Source of the DNA: Mobula birostris
Taxonomy: Eukaryota
Direction of reading: 5' to 3'
NCBI RefSeq assembly: GCF_030028105.1
Contig: NC_092376.1
Span: forward strand, 164,205,613 to 164,269,612
DNA length: 64,000 nt
Of this stretch, positions 12,917 to 64,000 are shown in pieces (the stretch's first letter is position 1; each line of letters opens with the position of its first letter). Below the pieces are notes generated by a model, which was not told the origin of the DNA, searched no databases, and saw only the letters and a list, made by a program, of their open reading frames with translations. Both the position numbers and the translations under genes were made by a program.

Positions 12917-13068
12917 CTCCCTTTGGAACCTCTCCAGTGTGAGCTTCTTCTGCATCTCATCTTGTACTAAAGGGTCAGCATTATACTGTCCTTCCAGTAA
13001 CGAAGACCAACAGTTCCCGGCTTCTCGATTACATTTCATCAGCACTATAGACACCTGCTTATTATCCT
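12917..13068 (-). CDS. NUDCD2: NUDCD2 coding exon 3 (152 nt)
   Basis: EDNKQVSIVLMKCNREAGNCWSSLLEGQYNADPLVQDEMQKKLTLERFQRE with AG/GTAAG boundaries. Confidence 0.95.
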
Positions 13069-13241
13069 CTATCAGAATAAAATTTGTTTGAGATGGAAGA
13101 AAGTAAAGTTCTTTTTCAATCATACTTTTATTTTTTTATCTAAATATTGTATTAAGATGGAACATGTTCATACACTGAAGCACTAAAACAAGCTTATTGT
13201 TCAGGAAGAAATGTTTGTTTTTGGCTTCAGTTACTGCCTAC

Positions 13242-13290
13242 CTAATGTCCAGGTTCCTTCATCAGCAACAGTAGAACCATAAAGTTTACC
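13242..13290 (-). CDS. NUDCD2: NUDCD2 coding exon 2 (49 nt)
   Basis: TTTTTCAG|GKLYGSTVADEGTWTL|GTAGGC. Confidence 0.93.
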
Positions 13291-14466
13291 CTGAAAAAGC
13301 AAGATTAATTTGTTATCTAGAGAGCCACACAAAGCTAGGATCTGATTTAATTCCCTAAATGGAATTTTTTAAAAAAGATTTAAGTATCAACAATCTTAAG
13401 GGATTTCTTTAGCTAGAGAGTGGTGAATCTGTGGAATTCGTTGTCTTCAAGTTGGGTATATTTAAGGCAGTGGTTGATAGATTCTTAATTAGCCAGGGCA
13501 AGGAGGGATATGGGGAGAAGGCAGATGATTAGGGCTGACAGGGAAATGGATCAGCCATGATGAAATGGCAGAGCAGACTCGATGGGCAAAATGGCCTAAT
13601 TCTACTCCTATATTTTATAGTTTAATCTAAGCAGTTTCCAAGACAATAGTTTACATAGTATGGATCAAACTACCGGTTTCTTGTAAGCCTGATTTGTTTT
13701 TCTCAACATGTATAACTGTGCAAATAATTATTTCAATCTTTAGCAAGTTTTGCTTTCATTTTTACCAAGTGTGAAATCAAACAGAGCTCATGGCTTCACT
13801 TCCAAAAATGCTCATAAATAAGTAAAGACAAATACTTATTTGTATTTGTTGACAAATATAGTATTTTAATAAATATCTGGAAACATGAAGTATACATATA
13901 AGTCACTGATTAAAAAAATGAAAATATTTGATTTCTTAACATTTTAACTGAGAACTTATTTTGTTTAAACTTAAGCTCCACAGTTGAATTACCTCCAAAT
14001 TACAATTAGGATAATAACATGACATTTATTATCAGAAAAGTGAGATAGTTAATTTTATTTTAAAATTTAAAGAAAAGTAAGTAAGTTATAATTTCAAAGT
14101 AAAATGAAAATGGTTCATTTGCTTACTGTACACAGGGTCAAAACTAAACGTGATGAAGCAGCTTTTAGTTACCATGCTGCACATACCTGGAATAACCTTC
14201 CAGAGGTCCTGAAGTCTGCCCCAACTTTTAAACTCTTCAATCGAGGTTTAAAACTTTTCTTTTCGCTGTAGCTTTTAATTAGAATCTCCTGCACTGTAAC
14301 TTCTAATTATCCTATTTTTTTTTGTGATTTTATTCTCTTATATATTGTTTGATTTTTATATCTTGTTCTATGCAGGGCACTTTGAACTGCTTTGTGTTTG
14401 AAAAGCGCTATACAAATAAACTTGCTTGTAGGTGTCAGAAACGTAAATGTTAAGGGATCAGTTTAC

Positions 14467-14655
14467 CTTCAGTATGATTGTCCCCTTGACAGATAAAGCT
14501 ATCTCCTTACTACCCAGGTTACATTTAATGTCTTTTGCAGTTGTTCCAACTGGAACATGGACATCGATAAAAACTTCATCCATAGTTTGATACCATTCAC
14601 CCCACGGGGTCTTGCAGGGCACAATCCCACTTCTTTCTTCAAAATGAACTGACAT
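14467..14655 (-). CDS. NUDCD2: NUDCD2 coding exon 1 (189 nt)
   Basis: MSVHFEERSGIVPCKTPWGEWYQTMDEVFIDV...ILK (CS domain); acceptor TTTTGCAG 2 nt before ATG; donor GTAAAC. Confidence 0.95.
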
Positions 14656-15369
14656 AACTGCAAAATAAATGTACATTAAAAATATTACACTGGAAATGCC
14701 AGTAATTACTGAAACATTACTATAGTGTTAAAAATGAACCAACAAAACTTGTTATTGTGCTTTAATCTTTCTAATTTTTGCAAAAATCATTTTGTCTTGA
14801 GTTCATCCAACACATAAAATGGCTTCATAACATTACCAGACCCATTTACTGTATTTAACTGCAAACACGTAAGCCAGTATCATCATTGAAGCTGTTATTT
14901 CTTTACCATCGACTAACCAGATAACTTAACATTCAGTGCATTTCTAATGATTTTTTTTATGAACAATCGTAAACATTTAAAGTCTTACTTTCGCACCTCT
15001 CTCCCACATCCAACAGAGGCGGCAAATGCAACGCCTTTCCCATCCACATACAGGAACACATCTGGTTCAGAACATCTCTCACGCCCTGATTTGTAATTGC
15101 TTAATCATTGTATTGAATAGTAACACAAATACACTTTAAAATATTTTCATTTAGATAACTTCAAAACGCTTGGCCTGAGTCAATTTTCTTTTCAGTGTAT
15201 TCCTTCGCTGACCAGGAGAGGGGGGGCATTTTACGACCCTGCCATAAACATACGCAGCCCCCCCCCACTCCTTTCACAGTATAATTCCATCACGCTTAAA
15301 AACTCCAAGGATATCTAATTACATATCCACTTTAAAGCGTTTCATTCTACTTGGGAAGAGCAAAGCCCC

Positions 15370-15619
15370 TACCGAAAAGCTACAGCCGCCGAGGCGATAG
15401 AAAGTGGGAGAGTGTGGAAAGGCTGAGAAGTGGTGCATTCTGGGGGTTGTAGGCTACGTGTGTCTGGGCCAAACATTGAACTACATTTCCCAGTGTGCAG
15501 CAGCATCAGTCACATCAGGTTACGCCGGCGCAGTCCGCGCAGCTAGCCGGTTTGTGGTGACCGAGGGAAGCTTTTGGCAGGCGGACTAGATTTAAGTTGT
15601 CAGCCGCGTGTCCAGCACG

Positions 15620-15620
<1 letters not shown>
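15370..15620. promoter_or_regulatory. Bidirectional NUDCD2/LARS1 promoter with two divergent ZNF143 (SBS, ACTACAnnTCCCA) motifs
   Basis: AACTACATTTCCCAGTGTGCA 15479-15499 (+) and CCTACAACCCCCAGAATGCA 15434-15453 (-); CpG-rich; the two ATGs are 965 bp apart and divergent. Confidence 0.8.
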
Positions 15621-61883
<46,263 letters not shown>

Positions 61884-62824
61884 GTATTAGTGAATGTAAC
61901 AGCTTTTTTAATTCCTAAATAGGAGGAAGGAAGGAATTTCTTTAACCCTGAGGGAGGTGAATCTGTGGAATTCATTGCTACAGACATCAGTCTATAAAAA
62001 TATATTGGGCATATTTAAAGCAGACATTAATCTGTTATTAATTAGTAAAGGTGTCAAAGGTTACGGGGTGAAGACAGGAGCATGAGGGTGAATGGGAAAA
62101 TAAATCAACCTGACCAACTGGAGGAGTAGACTCAGTGGGTCAAATGGCCTAATTCTGCTCCAATTCTTATGATCTTATAAAATTTTTGTGAAAGCATTAG
62201 TACTTTAATTTTTGTTCCTAATCTCTACAAGTTCAAATGCTGTCTTTGTTAAACCCAAACCACATTCTATTCCTTTTTTAAGGTGAAAGGATATCGATTA
62301 TACCCCAGCTATAAAGCATTGACTGGAGATTGCTGTGGTGACCTAAAATGATGCATCCTTGTTTGTTGTGTATTCTAGCTGTGCAGACCATTGTGTATGA
62401 TTAGTCTTATTTGATGAAAATTTCTGAATGCTGCTTCTCATCAGGATATTCTGTCCTGATGAAGAGTCTTGGCCTAAAATCTCAACTGCTTACTCCCTCC
62501 ATAGACGCTGCTTCACCTGCTGTGTTCCTCCAGCAACTTAGTGTGTACTGCTCAAGATTTCCATCCTGTAATTTGTCTTGAGTCTATAGTTGTTACTAGT
62601 ATTTTAAGATCTTAGCCTTCATGCTGTTGAAGCCACTTATGTAACTCTGCAGTTACATAAGGACAGATGATTATTCATCAAAAAGGAAACACTTCCACAT
62701 CTTATTTTGTCAGAAACTTAACAGGTCAATAATATACAAAATGAATAGTCAAATAATTATTGAATAAGATCCATGAAGGAAAATGAAATGACATCAGATT
62801 CTTAATACGTACATGAACATAAAT

Positions 62825-63210
62825 TTCTTGAATTTCCAGTGATTGCCTCCCTCCCCCCCCCACCATTCCCCATCCTATTTCCCTCTCTCATCTAATCCCC
62901 TCTGCTGCTCCTCCCCCTTCCCTTTCTTCCATGATCTTCTATCCTCTCCTATCAGATTCCTTATCCTCTAGCCCTTTATCTCTTTCACCAATCAACTTGC
63001 CAGGTCTTTACTTCACACCTCCTCCTCTCCTGGTTTCACCTATCACCTATTACCATGTACTTCTCCCTCCCCTCCCCTTCTTACTCTGACTTCTCATCTC
63101 TCTTATTTCCAGTCCTAATGAAGGTGCTGCCTGGCCTGCTGAGTTCCTCCAGCATTTTGTGTGTATTACTTTCATTTCCAGCTTTTGCAGATCTTCTCTT
63201 GTTTGTGATC
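62825..63210 (+). mobile_element. Penelope-like terminal repeat, internally deleted across the ribozyme
   Basis: Pyrimidine-rich 3' region then AGTCCTAATGAAGG joined directly to TGCTGCCTGGCCTGCTGAGTTCCTCCAGC. Confidence 0.7.
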
Positions 63211-63249
63211 AGATTCTTAAATGAGATGTCTTTTATGCTCAAACTTCTA

Positions 63250-63830
63250 TAAGGTCACCTGTCAGCCTCTTAGTTTCCAATGAGATTAAACCCAGCCTAT
63301 CCAATCTGTACTTGTAAATACAGACTTCCATTCCAGGCAATGTCCTGGCAAGTCTATTCTGGAGCCCCTATTGCGGCCACATCTTTCCTGTAGTTTGACA
63401 GCCACAACCATGCACAATATTACAAGTGCACTCTAACCAATGTTTTGTGTAGCTGAAATGGCATCCCTATTCATCCGCTCAGTCCTTTGGCCCATAAAGA
63501 TAAACATATCAAATTTCACAGCCCTATCCATCTGAGTCAACATTTTCAAGGAGCTATGGACATGATCCCAAGGTCTGGCTGTACTTCAGTGCTTCCAGGG
63601 GCCCTGCCAATTACTTTAAAAGTCCTAACAGTATTTGAATTTCCAAAGTGCATCATTCTGGATTGAATTCTGTCTGCCAGAGCTTCATCTTATTTTCTAA
63701 CTGATTTAACATCTGCTGTATCTTAAAGCGGACTTCTTTGTTGTTTGTGACTCTACCAATATTTGTGTCATCTGCAGACAATAATCATACCCCCTACATT
63801 CTCATCCAATTAATTTATGACTGAAGGAGT
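63250..63830 (-). mobile_element. Old CR1-like LINE fragment
   Basis: TTTGTGTCATCTGCAGAC (FADDT-like on - strand); CATGATCCCAAGGTC (DLGI). Confidence 0.55.
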
Positions 63831-64000
63831 TCACCTAAAGAGCTTAAGTTCAGATTGTGTGAACTGCAGTTACAACAAAGAATTGAGCAATTCAACCCAG
63901 AGTCTGTTGGTGTTGGAACGCCATGTGATCTCTCCTTTCGGTACATCCCAGACTATGATGTGGTATATTGGTGATTTTTTTTTTAAGTCGTCAAGCTAAA

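Noticed and set aside
15010-15025. CCAACAGAGGCGGCA as a CTCF-like site
   Set aside because: Only a partial motif match, not supportable without binding data.

Overview
Vertebrate genomic DNA. The repeat landscape (Penelope-like, CR1, Rex1, Tc1, hAT, Deu-domain SINE) suggests a cartilaginous fish, probably a ray; this is inference. The window holds three genes: (1) the first coding exon and CRE/ETS promoter of a probable SRA1 (- strand, rest of the gene is left of the window); (2) a complete 4-coding-exon NUDCD2 (- strand, 157 aa); (3) cytosolic leucyl-tRNA synthetase LARS1 (+ strand, exons 1-31 traced in frame, 3325 nt, last exon outside the window). NUDCD2 and LARS1 are head-to-head on a small bidirectional promoter with two oppositely oriented ZNF143-type motifs. 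Introns are full of decayed transposons. The main non-genic signal is a Penelope-like (GIY-YIG) retroelement family whose 3' repeat carries a minimal type-I hammerhead ribozyme (CUGAYGA-A-stem II-GAAAC-GUC). About 15 copies are visible, three with an intact core. They include short inverted-repeat units with a ribozyme on each strand, a 96-bp ribozyme-only insertion with a 14-bp TSD, and an inverted pair bracketing LARS1 exons 12-14. Coordinates were counted by hand and repeat boundaries are approximate.
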